64,000 nucleotides of DNA from an uncultured Candidatus Saccharibacteria bacterium. GTDB taxonomy: Bacteria > Patescibacteriota > Minisyncoccia > Phycocordibacterales > UBA12445. Shown here piece by piece: positions 63,846-64,000 of this stretch; within the stretch, counting starts at the first letter, position 1; the number at the start of each line of letters is the position of its first letter. A program made the translations under genes and the position numbers. Under the pieces are notes generated by a model that searched no databases, had not been told where the DNA came from, and was given only the letters and a program-made list of their open reading frames with translations. The stretch spans positions 2,282-66,281 of the forward strand of contig CAZHDO010000001.1 of NCBI GenBank assembly GCA_964531375.1, in the 5' to 3' direction.

Positions 63846-64000
63846 ATGGCGGAACAAAAAAGTAAAAACTTAAAATGGCTTGTTCTTCTTACTGTTATCG
63901 TCGGAACTTTTTTGGGACGACTAGATCAAACCATTGTAAATTTAGCATTACCTAAAATTATTTCTGATTTTGGAATTACGGTGACTTCTGCGGGCTGGAT
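63846..64000 (+). CDS. MFS drug:H+ antiporter (DHA2/EmrB-like), N-terminal fragment; it continues beyond the window
   Basis: LKWLVLLTVIVGTFLGRLDQTIVNLALPKIISDFGITVTSAGW is the typical EmrB/QacA N-terminal motif. Confidence 0.7.
   Translation, partial: MAEQKSKNLKWLVLLTVIVGTFLGRLDQTIVNLALPKIISDFGITVTSAGW

Noticed and set aside
1-64000. A CRISPR array or cas genes
   Set aside because: No regularly spaced direct repeats with unique spacers were seen. The repeated sequences are tRNA-derived fragments, operator dyads, or the single 16-bp repeat pair around the TA cassette.

Overview
This is a low-GC, compact bacterial segment. Gene junctions are short or overlapping and transcription runs in long co-directional blocks. 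The housekeeping genes present are a short-form IF-2, groES-groEL, secA, secG, clpB, rnj, rbfA, iscS and trxA-trxB. Alongside them is a very large surface-glycan gene set, which fits an ultra-small genome of the CPR/Patescibacteria type. That organism assignment is inference, not shown by the sequence.

Layout, in window order:
1. 1-6.3 kb: RNase J (partial, minus strand), an orphan family-5 ABC substrate-binding protein, secG and groES-groEL.
2. 6.3-33.3 kb: a glycan island of about 27 kb built as two convergent operon blocks (plus strand 6991-15071, minus strand 29314-15234).
- It holds about 9 glycosyltransferases (GT4, GT2, GT11 fucosyltransferase) and at least 10 class-I SAM methyltransferase ORFs, including FkbM-type and a GT::TylF-type O-methyltransferase fusion.
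- It holds four SDR nucleotide-sugar epimerases/dehydratases and a truncated nucleotide-sugar dehydrogenase.
- It holds a Wzm/Wzt ABC exporter whose Wzt carries a C-terminal carbohydrate-binding extension.
- Selfish or regulatory modules are interleaved: a DinJ/YafQ toxin-antitoxin cassette flanked by a 16-bp direct repeat at the convergence point, two NYN (LabA-like) paralogs, an HTH plus RhuM::Fic/Doc pair, and a candidate small RNA.
3. 33.5-35.8 kb: an O-antigen-ligase-like membrane protein with TPR repeats.
4. 35.8-36.5 kb: a structured AT-rich intergenic region carrying a 26-codon lysine-rich micro-ORF with its own terminator.
5. secA.
6. 39-41.7 kb: orphan small genes next to a tRNA-Lys/Leu/Cys array filled with tRNA-derived repeats.
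7. rbfA-infB, a DUF4446-like protein, iscS, a membrane-anchored trypsin-fold pseudo-protease, clpB and tRNA-Tyr with an adjacent tRNA remnant.
8. 50-64 kb, accessory genes:
- a J-like/Zn-ribbon protein;
- ArsR with a perfect 12-6-12 operator, a redox-active disulfide protein and a permease;
- a secreted Gly-rich protein;
- an ECF sigma/anti-sigma cluster;
- a shikimate-DH-like protein;
- trxA-trxB;
- a coiled-coil lytic transglycosylase;
- a MarR-HlyD-HlyD-MFS efflux operon (partial at the window end).

No rRNA, CRISPR array, integrase or transposase was recognised. All protein calls rest on motifs read by eye from the ORF translations; no database search was run.
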